Shown one piece after another: positions 39,601-50,639 of a stretch of DNA of 64,000 nt (the stretch's first letter is position 1; the number at the start of each line of letters is the position of its first letter). Source of the DNA: Veleropilina oligotropha (lineage: Eukaryota); contig JBEUKZ010000135.1 in assembly GCA_048128005.1 (NCBI GenBank), positions 124,001 to 188,000 of the forward strand, given 5' to 3'. The notes under the pieces were generated by a model, which made no database searches, was not told the DNA's origin, and saw nothing but the letters and a program-made list of their open reading frames with translations. The translations under genes were made by a program, and so were the position numbers.

Positions 39601-42292
39601 TTTTTTTAATAGTGGAACGAGAGTTTAGTTTGGTAACGTAGGAATGCCAGGATTCCCTTTTGCTGTGCTTGATGGTACGTCTGGCTTGTGCTCTTAATAG
39701 CCTAAAGCTATTAAGATTTTGTAGTGTTGGGTACTGTTTAAATGTTGAAATTGCATGTATGCGTGCTTTGATTGCTTGTCTGCAGTCTTCATTAAACCAA
39801 GGTTTGCTTTTGTGTTTGGCATTTGGACAAGTTTTTGGAATTGATAGTGTTGCAATGTCGTGTCGTGTTGTAGAGAAACTTGATATTGGGTCTTTGCCAT
39901 TAGTAAGGTGATCTGCGTGTAATTGGTCTTCACAAAGAGATTGGAATTTCCCCCAATCTGCTTTGTGAAGTTTCCACCTTTCAGTGTGTTCTTGTGCTTG
40001 GTTAATTGTGCTTTCCAGGAAAATTGGAAAGTGGTCGCTTCCGTGGAGGTCCTCACCAACTTTCCAAGTAAAGTCCAGGAAAACAGATGGGTCGCACATG
40101 GTAAGGTCAATGGTGGTAAGTGAGCCTGTAGGTGGATGCATGTATGTTGGCGATTTGGTAGTATTAAATAGGCACAAATTGCGTCTCCCGATAAAGTCCT
40201 CTATTTGATGTCCCCGTTTATCTGTGTCAGTACCGCCCCAATCAGTACTATGGGCGTTAAAATCGCCACATAGTACAAATGGGGTCGGTAGCTGATTGAT
40301 GAGATCGTCAAGGTCAGTAGGATGTATGTTTATGCTAGGTGGTAAGTATACCGAGCAAATAGTTATTACTCGGTGAGTCGATATTTTCACCGCTACTGCC
40401 TGTAAGTTGGTGTTTAAGTTGACCTGACTCTGTGGTGTTCTGTTGCTAATGATGATTGAAACCCCCCCTGTAGCCTTGTCACCTGTGGTGACAATGTGAT
40501 TATATAGTGAGTGGTCTTTAATGCGTATGTTGTCTGTGAGTTTCATGTAAGTTTCATTGAGACAAAATGCTATAGGTTTGTGGTCTTGAATTAGTAAATT
40601 TATCTAATCAATATTCGGTTTAATGCCTCTACAATTCCATTGTATTAGGGTACCTGTCATGTTGTGTTGTTTTTGTATTTATATAGTAATTTGTGTATAT
40701 TGCTTTGATATAATTTACTACTTGTTTGGTGGAAGTACAGGCTTTTTTGAAGGTTTTGGCTTTGCCGATGGCTGATCCAATGGTCGATCGTCATCCATTG
40801 GATCTTCGACAGCCGGTGGTGGTTGGGGTGGATCATCCACCACCTTAGTCTGTCGGTTAAGCTTTACTTTGACAGCTGCTGCTGCCTTCCTACCCTTCTC
40901 GGTAGCAGCAGCAACTATGTCAGCGGCAAGGTCGTTGATGATGGTGTCAGGATCGCTTTGGTCATCTGATGGTTCGATGGTATCCATCAGCTGATCAAAG
41001 CGATTATGCAGCTTAATTGGGTCCTCGTACCCTTTGGGCTGTCTATCTGGCTTGGTTGTAAAAGGCTTTGAAGCTGCTGGTCTCGGGGTAGCAGCAGTCT
41101 CTTTTCCTGATTTACTCGAAGGTTTATTTATGGGTTTAGTTTGTGTAGATGATGACGATGATGGTGAATGCGATGATGGCAATTCTCTTGGAGGTGGTAA
41201 TGTGAAGTAGTATGTCTGGCCGATTGGCCAGGTGATGTTTGTTTGTGTTGAAGAGGAACGGGTGATTGGCTTTTGCTCCTTGGGTGCAGCAATTGCAGCA
41301 TACGATCTACCCGAAGTGGTCCTGGATTCCACCAGTTTCCTAGCATCTGGGAAAGAGATCCGGTCGATGGTTTTGACCCTCTGGATCTCTTTCTCGTGCT
41401 TCCACTTCGGACAGTCCTTGGAATATGAACAATGTTTTCCATTGCAATTGCAGCAGAAAGGTGTTTTGGAGCAAGAGTCCGAATCATGCCCCTCTTCACT
41501 GCATCTAGCACATGCTGAATTCTTCTTGCATCGGTCTTTATGGTGTCAAAATGCCTGGCATTTGAAACACCGCAAGGGGTTTGGTATGTAGGGCTCTACA
41601 GGGATGTTAATATAACCAGCTTTTATAGATTTTGGAAGAACTGGAAGGTTGAAGTCAAGGATGATTGTATTTATAGGCACTCTCTTGCCATCCTTGGATA
41701 TGGTCAGGCGTGTAACCTTAGTTACACCCTGACTCTTCAGACCTTCCATTAATTCGGGCTCACTGCATCCCTGCAGGTCCCTAGATCTTATTACTCCCTT
41801 GGAAGAGTTTAATGTCCGATGCGGTAGGACTTCTACAGGGATGTTAATAAATTTTGAAGTCCTTAGAAGATTTTCAGCATGGCTCTTCCTGGCACATTCG
41901 ACCATTAGTTTGCCATCTCTGAGTTTCTTGACGGTCTTTGGTTCGCCTGCCAGGCCAAGAATAGCCTTGGCAATGGCGAACGGGCTCAGGGTTGTGATGT
42001 CGGTGTCTGAGAGAGATTCGACCGTCAAGAAACGAGGCCAGTTGTCTGTTGTAGTGGTGGGAGGTGTCGGTTTGAATGGTGCATCAGCCTCAGGATCGTA
42101 TGGAACAGTCATAAATTTCCTGATGAATTCAGCATCATCATCATCATCTGAATTTTTCTACGTTTTAGGGGGTGTGGTGTTGCCATAGTTTGATTTATAA
42201 ATTTCGTCACCCGAGGTCCCCGCCCACCACGGAGCCCAACAAGGGGGCATTTTAATGGGTGCGGAGTTCCAGCACCCAATGCCAGGGATACC
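36675..42292 (-). mobile_element. Nimb-like LINE copy D (divergent subfamily), 5' UTR cut at 42292; ORF1 40718-42186 and ORF2 ~37000-40660 disabled
   Basis: (tcaaa)n tail at 36675, RT-RNase H ORF 36797-39166, APE ORF 39221-40546, and ORF1 fragments. No matching TSD on the right. Confidence 0.93.
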
Positions 42293-44214
42293 ATGCGCCA
42301 AGACGAAAGAAGTAACTTGAATCGCTCTGCAAAAAACTCGAGAAAACGGCTAAGTATTAATGTGAATAGGGGTATCACTTTGTGTAACTAGTCTACACCG
42401 TTTGACTATATATTGATTGTTTGATTGGTACAGTTTTGGGTCCTTTGTTGTTAATACATCTGTATAATTGATATTTTTTCTGTTGATAGGTAGGAAACTT
42501 GGAGAGCCGCCATCTTGAAATTTTGTAAACAACTCTACTTATAACTTTATATCAATTGTTTAGAATGGATAGCCAAATAGTTGCATGCAAGCTGAGTGAT
42601 TTGGTGGGCAAATGGATATTTTGCGATAAGTGTCAGATGTGGATCGCGTATGATAGCGCCTGTACGAGTGAATTGTTCGAGTCTGGGTTATGTATGGACG
42701 TGTTTGATTTTGTGTGTGAGAAGTGTCAAATGCTAATGGTGGTCATTAAGATTTTGGAGGATTTTGTGCCGAGGGACAGTTGCGACGTGGCAATACAATC
42801 AGAGGCGATCACCGTGACGCACGAGGGGGCGCAAACCGAGGCCATCACCGGGAATGACGAGGAAGCGCAAACAGATACCACCACCGTGACGGACGAGGAA
42901 TGCCAGACGAACCCGGAGCCCTTGTGGAGAGTGGTGAAAAATGGGAGGACTCCGAGAAAGCTGCCGAAAATACCGGTAACGACGATAAAGACAGGTAACA
43001 GGTTTGAGTGTCTGGAGTCTGTTGGATGTGGGTTAATTGAAGGTGTACATGAGTTGCCCGAAAGTGACAAAAATGAAAACAGTGCTAAATGTGAAAGTGA
43101 AACGAATGTTACGAATGAGGCTGACATGAATGGAGTAGGGGATGGGTGGGAAATTTTAGATGAGTACCTGGCTTCGGATAATACAGTACTGATAGGGTCT
43201 TCTATAGTTAGGCATACCGATAAGACTTTTTGTGATGTTGACAGGAAAAGACGGACAAGGGTTTGTTTACCGGGAGCCAGAATCGAGGACGTGACTTTGA
43301 GGGCGGAAAACTTGACAGCAGGAGAGGGGACAGTAGTAGTCATCATTGGCACCAACAATGCAGAAACCGACAGCCTGGAGGAAATGAAGGGGAAGTACAG
43401 GGAATTATTTCCAAAGTTGAGTGACCGAGGTAAGAGGGAGGTTATTGTAGGTGGGCTGTTGCCACGGAAGGGATCCAGCAGAGTGTTGGAAAAGATGCGA
43501 CAGGTAAACAACTGGTTACGTGAGTATTGTCTTTTAGAGGGGTTTGGATATTTTGATGTGTGGGATAAATTTGAGGGTAGGCGAGAGTGGTTTTTCCGGG
43601 ATGGTCTGCACCCTTCACTGGAGGGTGCAGATGTGTTGGCTAGGGCCATTAATCGAGCAATTACGGAGCATTTAAACTAATAAAGGGGGATGAGGGTGAA
43701 GCAATATGTGACAGCAAAGTAGAACAGGATAACATTCATCGTAATGATGCAAAGAGCGTACATCATAATACCGATAAACATAAACGTGTTTCTGGACCAC
43801 AAAAGAAAAAGAACAAGAAATCAGACCTAGATAAAAAACAGCTTAAAGTTATATTTACAAATGCACAGAGTATAATGAATAAGATGGCAGAATTGGAAAC
43901 ACTAAGGGATATTCATGACCCTGATGTTTTAGGAGTTACAGAGTCGTGGACAAATATCAACATAACAGACGCAGAGTTAAATTTATTGGGATATAAGCTG
44001 TACAGAGAGGATAGAAGAGATACTCAAAACGGTAGAGGAGGGGGGGTCTTGCTATACATAAAAGATGGATTAAATGCTGTTTCTCGTGATGATATTAAGA
44101 TAAACACTTTTCAAAATTCAGTTTGGTGTGAAATTATGACCAGTAATAATAAAAAAGATTCCATTGTAGTGGGTATTGTTTATAGATCACCAAATAGCGC
44201 AGAAGAGAACAATA
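42293..44214 (+). mobile_element. 5' portion of a CR1-clade LINE (5' UTR, ORF1, start of APE), truncated at the viral junction
   Basis: Esterase-type ORF1 followed by LKVIFTNAQSIMNK...GVTESW...GRGGGVLLYI...GIVYRSPN. Confidence 0.88.
42565..43680 (+). CDS. CR1 ORF1: N-terminal zinc finger plus SGNH/GDSL esterase domain
   Basis: CDKC...CEKC, an NRF motif, LIGSSIVR, CLPGARI, IGTNN and DGLHP. Confidence 0.88.
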   Translation: MDSQIVACKLSDLVGKWIFCDKCQMWIAYDSACTSELFESGLCMDVFDFVCEKCQMLMVVIKILEDFVPRDSCDVAIQSEAITVTHEGAQTEAITGNDEEAQTDTTTVTDEECQTNPEPLWRVVKNGRTPRKLPKIPVTTIKTGNRFECLESVGCGLIEGVHELPESDKNENSAKCESETNVTNEADMNGVGDGWEILDEYLASDNTVLIGSSIVRHTDKTFCDVDRKRRTRVCLPGARIEDVTLRAENLTAGEGTVVVIIGTNNAETDSLEEMKGKYRELFPKLSDRGKREVIVGGLLPRKGSSRVLEKMRQVNNWLREYCLLEGFGYFDVWDKFEGRREWFFRDGLHPSLEGADVLARAINRAITEHLN

Positions 44215-45355
44215 CAGCTTCTTCCGATGGAGCGGCCAGAACGACTGGACGCCTGACCGCATGGGTCAGAAGTTCATCCCGCGCGTCATTATCTGGGACG
44301 AGGTCTGTACTGTTCCACGGCACATTCTAGAGATGTTCTTGGACTGGCTGGGCCGCCACGAAGTGCAGGTTATCTGCTGTGGCGATCAAGGCCAGCCACC
44401 ACCGATTACGGGCGAGATGCCGCACGATTGGCTGCGAAGGACCGCGGACTACTATGAGGAGATCGAAGTAGACTACAGGGCGAAAGACGACCCTGCCCTC
44501 CAAGCCCTGAAAAGGCGTATACGTCTCCAGCCCGACAAAGTCCAGTGCGACGAGATGCGACGGACGCTCCCCAGCTGCCTTGGATGGGACCGGTTCGTCA
44601 ACACCTGGAAGCCAGGCGACCTAATCCTCACAAGCCGTCAGAAGGTCCGCGAACGGGCTCAAGAGCTGTTGCTCCAGAGGCACAAGGAGCACTTCCCAGA
44701 CTCCCCGGTGCCTATCCTGTACCACCCCAGGGACACCCGTAAGCAAAACATCATGGTAACCATTCCGGGCACCGATGAAAGAGAGGAGCTAGTTCTGAAC
44801 GACGTCGTCGAGGTCACCATTGACGCCGCTGAGCGGGCTATCCTGACCCCGGATTGGCGCCTGGGCTATGCTCTCACCATCCATTCGAGCCAGGGTCTTA
44901 CGATTCACGACCCGCAGAGGGTTTGGATCATCGATGACTACCTTCAGTGGAGTAATCTCGCCTACCTAGCCGTGTCCCGGGTGGAGCTGCTGCATCAGCT
45001 CGAACGGGTAACCTGTCCTCCGGATGAGGGTGCTGAGGACAGGCCCCGGCCGCAAACTGAGCAACAGCTCCGAAAGACCATCCAGAAAAAGCTTGTGGCA
45101 TACAAACGCCAGGACCAGGCCAAGGGACTCCAGGGATTTAACCTCAAGGTCGATGACATCCTGCAGCTCAAAGAAGCCCAAAACAACCGATGCGCAGCAT
45201 GCAACATAGAGCTGCTCTGGGCCTACCAGCCCAAAGACACACAGCAGTTCAGTGTCGACCGTGTGGACAACAGCAGGGGCCACACCCGCGACAACGTGCG
45301 CTTAACGTGTCTGGAATGTAACCGAAAACGAGGATTTGCGGTTGTTAACGCCTGA
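44215..45355 (+). CDS. SF1 (RecD/Pif1-like) helicase, N-terminally truncated, fused to a C-terminal HNH-type zinc-binding nuclease domain
   Basis: VIIWDE (Walker B), CGDQGQPPP (motif III), YALTIHSSQGLT (V), YLAVSRV (VI), then CAAC...SVDRVDNSRGHTRDNVRLTCLECN. Walker A is missing because of the truncation. Confidence 0.85.
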
Positions 45356-46349
45356 GAACCGGCGGCAGCTGGGTATCACGAGGCACCACAAGAAGTTCCT
45401 CACGAACGAACCCACGCGGTGGTCCATCCAGCAAGTAGTAGAGCACAGGCTCGTCAGGCTTAGTGACGGAGCGTCCAAGCCTGTAAACTTTTAGAGACCA
45501 CACCGGGTCAGTAGCACGGCGATGACCCCCCTCCAGCTCACCATCGTAGTAAAGGTAGCGAACATCTACGTCAGAGGGGAGTTTCTGTTCCTTCCCCTGT
45601 CGGCCTGGAACAGTGGCGCCTGGCTTTTGGGCAACGCGAGGTGCCTTGATGGCGTCCTTGGGCTTTTTACCGGTCAGCCTGGTCACTTCCCCATTCAAGG
45701 CCGCAACTACAGCTGCTAACCGGGCGACCCACTCAGTTGACCTTTGACCCTCTTTCGCAGACTCTGCAAACCGCATCTCTGTTGCATACTGGTGCCCGAA
45801 GAGCCGCTCAGCGAGCGTCCGGTTGAAGCGCTCCACAATGCCCTGATCGCGATGGATATCCACACGGCCACGCCTAACCTCGACGTTATTCTTTGCCAGC
45901 AGCTGGGAAACCGCGCCCATAAACTCTTGCCCTGGATCGACTTGAAGCAGTTTCGGCCAGCCAAGAGGACTCCGCCTGTAGATTCGGGCTAGTGCTTCAG
46001 CAACCCCTTTGGCCTCTTTTGTGACCAGAGGCTCAGCCTCTTTAAAGCGACTGGCCACATCAACCACAGTCAAAGCGTACTTGTACGTTTTACGGCCGAC
46101 CTTGTCATGGGGCAGAAACAGGAGATCGGCTTGGTGAACCTCGTTCGGCGTCGTAACGTCAAACCGTGGTCTTGGAATCCGCCGTGGCGCAGGTAAATAG
46201 ATCTGCCATATAGCCTGCCTCTTAAGCCATGTCCGGGCCTCCACTTCAGACGCCTTGGCAGCGTCAGCTAGTTTCTTTATCGCGGCAATGCCTTTCCAGT
46301 AGCCCTTAGGGCTGTAGTATATCCTCGCAAGCTTACTATCCATCAGCAA
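45345..46349 (-). CDS. Retroviral-type (rve) DDE integrase, Polinton-like
   Basis: HQADL, LTVVDVASRF, LQVDPGQEF and IVERFNRTL. Reading frame intact. Confidence 0.93.
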   Translation of the reverse strand: MLMDSKLARIYYSPKGYWKGIAAIKKLADAAKASEVEARTWLKRQAIWQIYLPAPRRIPRPRFDVTTPNEVHQADLLFLPHDKVGRKTYKYALTVVDVASRFKEAEPLVTKEAKGVAEALARIYRRSPLGWPKLLQVDPGQEFMGAVSQLLAKNNVEVRRGRVDIHRDQGIVERFNRTLAERLFGHQYATEMRFAESAKEGQRSTEWVARLAAVVAALNGEVTRLTGKKPKDAIKAPRVAQKPGATVPGRQGKEQKLPSDVDVRYLYYDGELEGGHRRATDPVWSLKVYRLGRSVTKPDEPVLYYLLDGPPRGFVREELLVVPRDTQLPPVLRR

Positions 46350-46572
46350 TGTATTCCAGTAAACTGATCAGTCTCCAACAGGCTTCAGCTTCCGGAGCCG
46401 GTCGCTGCGCAGTTGTCTCCCAAAGGTTGGTCGGGCCCGAGAGCACCAGGACCGCGAACCGCACCATAGTCTTTTCGTCGCGGCGCCAGCAGTCGAGTAA
46501 CGTAGTACTATAGCCGACCGCAAGCATAGCGCAGTACAGCTCTTCTGGGAGCCCCATTATTATACCTGGCAC
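46336..46572 (-). CDS. Small hypothetical viral protein
   Basis: Fills the gap between neighbouring genes on the same strand and overlaps the integrase start. Confidence 0.4.
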   Translation of the reverse strand: MPGIIMGLPEELYCAMLAVGYSTTLLDCWRRDEKTMVRFAVLVLSGPTNLWETTAQRPAPEAEACWRLISLLEYIADG

Positions 46573-46598
46573 ACGAAAAAAGTGTCCACTGGAAATAA

Positions 46599-47030
46599 TT
46601 AGGCGAGCTTGTAGGCGACCAACCCGGTCGCAGCCATCCCCAGGATGATGAAGGTGATCTCACGTCCCTTCTGGCCATCGCTCGGTGTGTAGTAGTCAGA
46701 CAGGGCGGGCTCAGGGCCACCCCCCAGGCCAGGGTCAAGGTTCTTGCCGGTGATCAATGCATACTCACGGATCGCGGCGTCAACATCCCGGAATGTGCCA
46801 ACGGCATGACCCTGGCGGCGAAGTTCAACGTTCAGCCAGTCGAGACGCTCTGCCCTCTGTTGTGACCATTTAGTCTGAGCAGCGTTGAGCTGTTCTACAG
46901 CAATGTCGTGGCGTTTACGCTCCGCATCGACACCGGAGCTGCGTAGCTTCGAGAAGAGGAAGTTGGAGCCGCTGAAGGCGAGGGCGTTGACGAGAGCGCC
47001 CCCAACCAGCATCGCAATGGAAGCCATTGA
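46599..47030 (-). CDS. Hypothetical viral membrane protein (hydrophobic N-terminus, coiled middle, C-terminal TM)
   Basis: MASIAMLVGGALVNALAF...ITFIILGMAATGLVAYKLA. Start approximate. Confidence 0.75.
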   Translation of the reverse strand, partial: SMASIAMLVGGALVNALAFSGSNFLFSKLRSSGVDAERKRHDIAVEQLNAAQTKWSQQRAERLDWLNVELRRQGHAVGTFRDVDAAIREYALITGKNLDPGLGGGPEPALSDYYTPSDGQKGREITFIILGMAATGLVAYKLA

Positions 47031-47058
47031 AATGCTGCGATTATCTAGCAAGGTCCCA

Positions 47059-47298
47059 CTACTTCAATATATCGGCCGGAATGATGCCTTGCTTGATCAG
47101 CATGTCTTTCGTTGCCATGGCGAGCGCTACGTCGAGGACGACCATCCCGACATCGTAGCCCGTGAAGTCCAGTTTGGGGCTCGCTCCCTTGAATACCATC
47201 TTTGTCAGGCGTGCGTAGCCAATGGCGAGGCCTGACACTATAGCGGCGTGGTATACAGCGTTGCCGAGCATCTTTCCATCAGTGATTGGGGTAGTCAT
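47059..47298 (-). CDS. Small hydrophobic viral protein (79 aa)
   Basis: ATG-initiated, two hydrophobic helices, tightly packed between neighbours. Confidence 0.7.
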   Translation of the reverse strand: MTTPITDGKMLGNAVYHAAIVSGLAIGYARLTKMVFKGASPKLDFTGYDVGMVVLDVALAMATKDMLIKQGIIPADILK

Positions 47299-47323
47299 AA
47301 CTGTTGATTAGTACCGTTTGCGA

Positions 47324-47815
47324 CTATTGCATATGAAAAGGGTTCTGCTTCTTCAATTCGATAGTGGGGGCGGCCCGAGGCTGCCTAGCGTCCGCGTCTG
47401 GTGGCTGTTGATGTGGTGTGGATGGACCAGGGTTGCTGCGTTCTGAGGACGTCTTCCAGACAACAAATACCAACGCAACCGTACTGGCAGCGACGGCTAC
47501 CTGGGTCCAATTAAATAGGTCCGATTTCCGTGTATCTGGCGCACGCGGTCTTTCTGCGGCTGGAACCGCCTCCCCGGGCTGTTCTGATGGAACGACAACA
47601 CTTGTTGGGGCACTCAGGTCTTCTTTCATTTTTCGAACCGCGGCCAGTAGCTTCTCCTGCTTGGCTTTTCGAGCAGCAGCGCCGGCCCGCCCTGCAGCCA
47701 CTTTTTTCGGGTCCTTTTTACTCACTGATGAGTCCGTCGAAGAAGTCACCCTCTCTATCGGCTGGCTCTCGATCGGCTGGCTCTCGATCACTTGGTCCAC
47801 TTCCGGCGTCGTCAT
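47324..47815 (-). CDS. Hypothetical viral protein with basic KKDPKKVAAGRAG motif and a TM segment
   Basis: Likely start MTTPEV at 47815. Basic helix, then VAVAASTVALVFVVW. Confidence 0.7.
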   Translation of the reverse strand: MTTPEVDQVIESQPIESQPIERVTSSTDSSVSKKDPKKVAAGRAGAAARKAKQEKLLAAVRKMKEDLSAPTSVVVPSEQPGEAVPAAERPRAPDTRKSDLFNWTQVAVAASTVALVFVVWKTSSERSNPGPSTPHQQPPDADARQPRAAPTIELKKQNPFHMQ

Positions 47816-48686
47816 CTTGATCTGGTATTTTAGGCGGGCAAACATGTCCAAATTGGCAGTGCTTAGCCGTGGTCAACGCTGCGGTCAGCGGTGCGAGGTA
47901 CATGCCATATTTATAATACAGCTCTCTATCGGCTGGCTCTCGATCGGCTGGCTCTCGATCACTTGGTCCACTTCCAGCGTTGTCATCTTGATCTCGCCCT
48001 CGCTCTGGTATCTTAGGCGGGCAAACATGTCCAAATTGGCAGTGCTTAGCCGTGGTCAACGCTGCGGTCAGCGGTGCGAGGTACATGCCATATTTATAAT
48101 ACAGCTCACAGCTTGCAGTGGTCAGGGCATGTGAGATGAACGGGTCGGCCTCCAGGTCGGCGATCAGTCGTAGCTGGTTTGCTGGTGGAATGGGCAGGAA
48201 CATCCCAGCTGCCCCCGCGTAGAGATGAATAGCTGAAGTCCCCAGAGTCTTCGTCACATCGGCACCGAGTTTCGCTTCATACCTCGCGTGGTGCTTTTCG
48301 ACCTCGTCGTCAGTCATGTCGTCTATCCGGTCCACTGTGAGGTTACGCCCCATGTATCGGTGGGCCTGTCCTCCAACGGCTAAGGCTGCAAGCCTCTCAC
48401 GCTTTGCCTCGCAAACGGAACTTGCGACTCCACTGTTACTGACAGGTTCCTTGCCAACGGGAGTCAAGCGACAGCTGTTGATGGTCGTTTCTTGTTCGTC
48501 ATCCATGAGTTGATCGATGAGGCTGTCCATCCTGAAGCGTTTCCAGCATCGCCTCACCGGTCTAATATAACTGTAAATCCAATACCACAATGTAGCGAGT
48601 AGGAGCAAGATCAGGCTCTGGCTGAAAGCAAAAGCTAGATATACAGCGTCCGACATGCGAGAGCTTGCTGGGCAGCTACTTAGCAT
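47718..48686 (-). CDS. Hypothetical viral protein with an in-frame duplicated C-terminus
   Basis: 322-aa ORF in which ELYYKYGMYLAPLTAALTTAKHCQFGHVCPPKIP occurs twice. Confidence 0.7.
   Translation of the reverse strand: MLSSCPASSRMSDAVYLAFAFSQSLILLLLATLWYWIYSYIRPVRRCWKRFRMDSLIDQLMDDEQETTINSCRLTPVGKEPVSNSGVASSVCEAKRERLAALAVGGQAHRYMGRNLTVDRIDDMTDDEVEKHHARYEAKLGADVTKTLGTSAIHLYAGAAGMFLPIPPANQLRLIADLEADPFISHALTTASCELYYKYGMYLAPLTAALTTAKHCQFGHVCPPKIPERGRDQDDNAGSGPSDREPADREPADRELYYKYGMYLAPLTAALTTAKHCQFGHVCPPKIPDQDDDAGSGPSDREPADREPADREGDFFDGLISE
47751..48104. repeat. Tandem direct duplication, 171 bp + 183 bp
   Basis: 47751-47921 and 47922-48104 differ by a 12-bp indel and a few substitutions. Confidence 0.93.
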
Positions 48687-48697
48687 CTGCTGGGTAG

Positions 48698-49330
48698 CTA
48701 TAGCACACTATAAGCAACGGGCTGATCAGTTTTCAACAGAAGCTTAGCGTGTCGTGTCTCGGCCAACAGCCGGCGAACCTCGGTCCGTTCATCCTGCGAC
48801 GGGATTACATCGTTCTCGCGCAGACAGTCCTCGAAACTGTCGCGGTCCTTGCAATGGAACAGCGCGACCCAGCGGGTCTGCTCTCTGAGCTCCTTCAAGA
48901 CCGAGTTGTACTTTTGCGTCACTACCCATACGCTCTGGGAAGCATGCCTGCCGCTGAAGGCCAACAAAGTCAGCATGTCCCTCCTCTTTGCCATAGCCTT
49001 GCTGGCGGCGCAGTCGTCGATGATATATAAAGTTGATTCCCCCTGAAACAGTCGGTAGAACCCCCGCAGCCAGTCATGGAGTCGCTCACCCGGGGGGACT
49101 AAATACACCTCAGGGTCGGTCCAGATCCACGGACAAGACTGGTATGCTTTGTTGTACTTGATCGTGGGGCAGAGGACCACGATATGCCGGAAGACGCCTC
49201 GATACTCCCCTTCCAGCAGTTCAAGCATGAAAACCGTCTTCCCACAGCCCGTCTGGCCGCATATGATTGCGGAGTGGGGGTCCTTGGTGTGCGGAAATCG
49301 TTTAGTACAGTGCTTCGACGAATCGGCCAT
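48698..49330 (-). CDS. A32/FtsK-like genome packaging ATPase
   Basis: GQTGCGKT (Walker A), LYIIDD (Walker B), SGRH (arginine finger), VVTQKY. Confidence 0.92.
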   Translation of the reverse strand: MADSSKHCTKRFPHTKDPHSAIICGQTGCGKTVFMLELLEGEYRGVFRHIVVLCPTIKYNKAYQSCPWIWTDPEVYLVPPGERLHDWLRGFYRLFQGESTLYIIDDCAASKAMAKRRDMLTLLAFSGRHASQSVWVVTQKYNSVLKELREQTRWVALFHCKDRDSFEDCLRENDVIPSQDERTEVRRLLAETRHAKLLLKTDQPVAYSVL

Positions 49331-50603
49331 TCTCGATATTCAGCTGTGCGTCCATGATCATGAACTCGTAGACGTTCAGTGGACCGGCCGCTTCGGCTGT
49401 TTTAGTGATCTGAATAGTAATGCCTTCGCTGGCGTTCTCGACCCTCCGGCCTGACCCGTGCAACTGATCGTCGTCAGTTACCCGCATATCGATCCAGAGC
49501 GCAAATTTCTTAGTCAGAAATTCGCCCAGGGTGACGTCTGCCATCTCCAAGTCCTTTGCGACCATCGCGACCTCAGGATGCCGCTTGCTGCAGCCGGAGG
49601 CGAACATTTTCTTGGCTTCTTCCCAGATCTGGTATGTTCGCATGCCCTGGCTGTAGATTTGATTCGGGACACCCTCGATTGTGACCTCAACCTTTGTGAT
49701 CTTCGGATTATAGAAGGCCTCAGTATCGCGAGAGAATGGCGCAGCGTCTCTCGCAGGGTCCTCGAACAACAGTAGTATTCCTTTCATCGACCTCGCCGGT
49801 ACGTTCACATTCATATTCCACAACGAGTCGCTCTTGTCTAGGGTGAGCTTCCGATGCCGGAGAACACGGTCGTACAGGATTACGAGTTGACCCTGGTATT
49901 GATTTCGAATCCGTCTGGCAAGCTCGGATTGGGTTACCATGTCATATTCGAGGGATATATTGTCGATGGAATAGCTGGAACCGGAGTCGTCCGTCTCCCG
50001 GATAGTCCGGGAGTAGTCGTTGAACGTTAGCTCATACTCGAGACGGTCTCCAAGGGCGCTTTGATAGAATGGCATGTGACTTTCCAACAGCTCGAAATCC
50101 AGCGGGATGCGGAATCGGTTACCGTACGTGGCCGCGACCGCGACATCCTCAGACAGTCTGAAGGCGTCTGCCGCGCCAACACGATGCTTCGTAGTGTTGT
50201 GTCCATCGCTGGTATCAATCCCCTGGTACTGGGCGTTCTTGCGCTCCCCTGTGGTCTTCCAGAGATCGCAGTAGCAGTGGTACACGTCGGAGTCGTCAAT
50301 CGACATGATCTCGTTTCCACTTATCTTTATCGTGGTCTTTCTGATCACGGCACGGCCGATATTTTGCACTACAGTCCTATTCGCATTTACCGAGGTCAGT
50401 GAGATGGTAAATGCAAGGTGGGCAGTCCCTGGAACGATCACGTCATTCGCCCCGAGATTAGGGAACCGAACCAGGAGCTGCTGGTTCGGGGCAATCGTTG
50501 ATGGATTGTTTGTAATCGTGACCGACTGGCGGATGCCCTTGACTGCGAGGGGCTCACGCAGCCTGCGGTATGGATTAAGCTTGCGTCCGTATACGCTAGT
50601 CAT
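49302..50603 (-). CDS. Probable major capsid protein (double jelly-roll)
   Basis: About 433 aa, beta-rich (LLVRFPNL, IKISGNEI, FRIPLDF, LEYELTF, ISLEYDMV, VEVTIEGVPN), adjacent to the ATPase. Assigned by size, pattern and context. Confidence 0.8.
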   Translation of the reverse strand: MTSVYGRKLNPYRRLREPLAVKGIRQSVTITNNPSTIAPNQQLLVRFPNLGANDVIVPGTAHLAFTISLTSVNANRTVVQNIGRAVIRKTTIKISGNEIMSIDDSDVYHCYCDLWKTTGERKNAQYQGIDTSDGHNTTKHRVGAADAFRLSEDVAVAATYGNRFRIPLDFELLESHMPFYQSALGDRLEYELTFNDYSRTIRETDDSGSSYSIDNISLEYDMVTQSELARRIRNQYQGQLVILYDRVLRHRKLTLDKSDSLWNMNVNVPARSMKGILLLFEDPARDAAPFSRDTEAFYNPKITKVEVTIEGVPNQIYSQGMRTYQIWEEAKKMFASGCSKRHPEVAMVAKDLEMADVTLGEFLTKKFALWIDMRVTDDDQLHGSGRRVENASEGITIQITKTAEAAGPLNVYEFMIMDAQLNIENGRFVEALY

Positions 50604-50639
50604 GGCTGAATTAGATGCGTATCCCACTGATGTATTCAA

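Noticed and set aside
42726..43649. 307-aa minus-strand ORF
   Set aside because: Antisense shadow of the CR1 esterase ORF1, with no motifs of its own.
43875..44330. Apparent CR1 APE-virus fusion protein
   Set aside because: The APE frame reads into the helicase out of frame and stops at 44330; it is a junction by-product.
47418..48134. 238-aa plus-strand ORF in the viral block
   Set aside because: Antisense to co-oriented minus-strand genes and lengthened by the tandem duplication.
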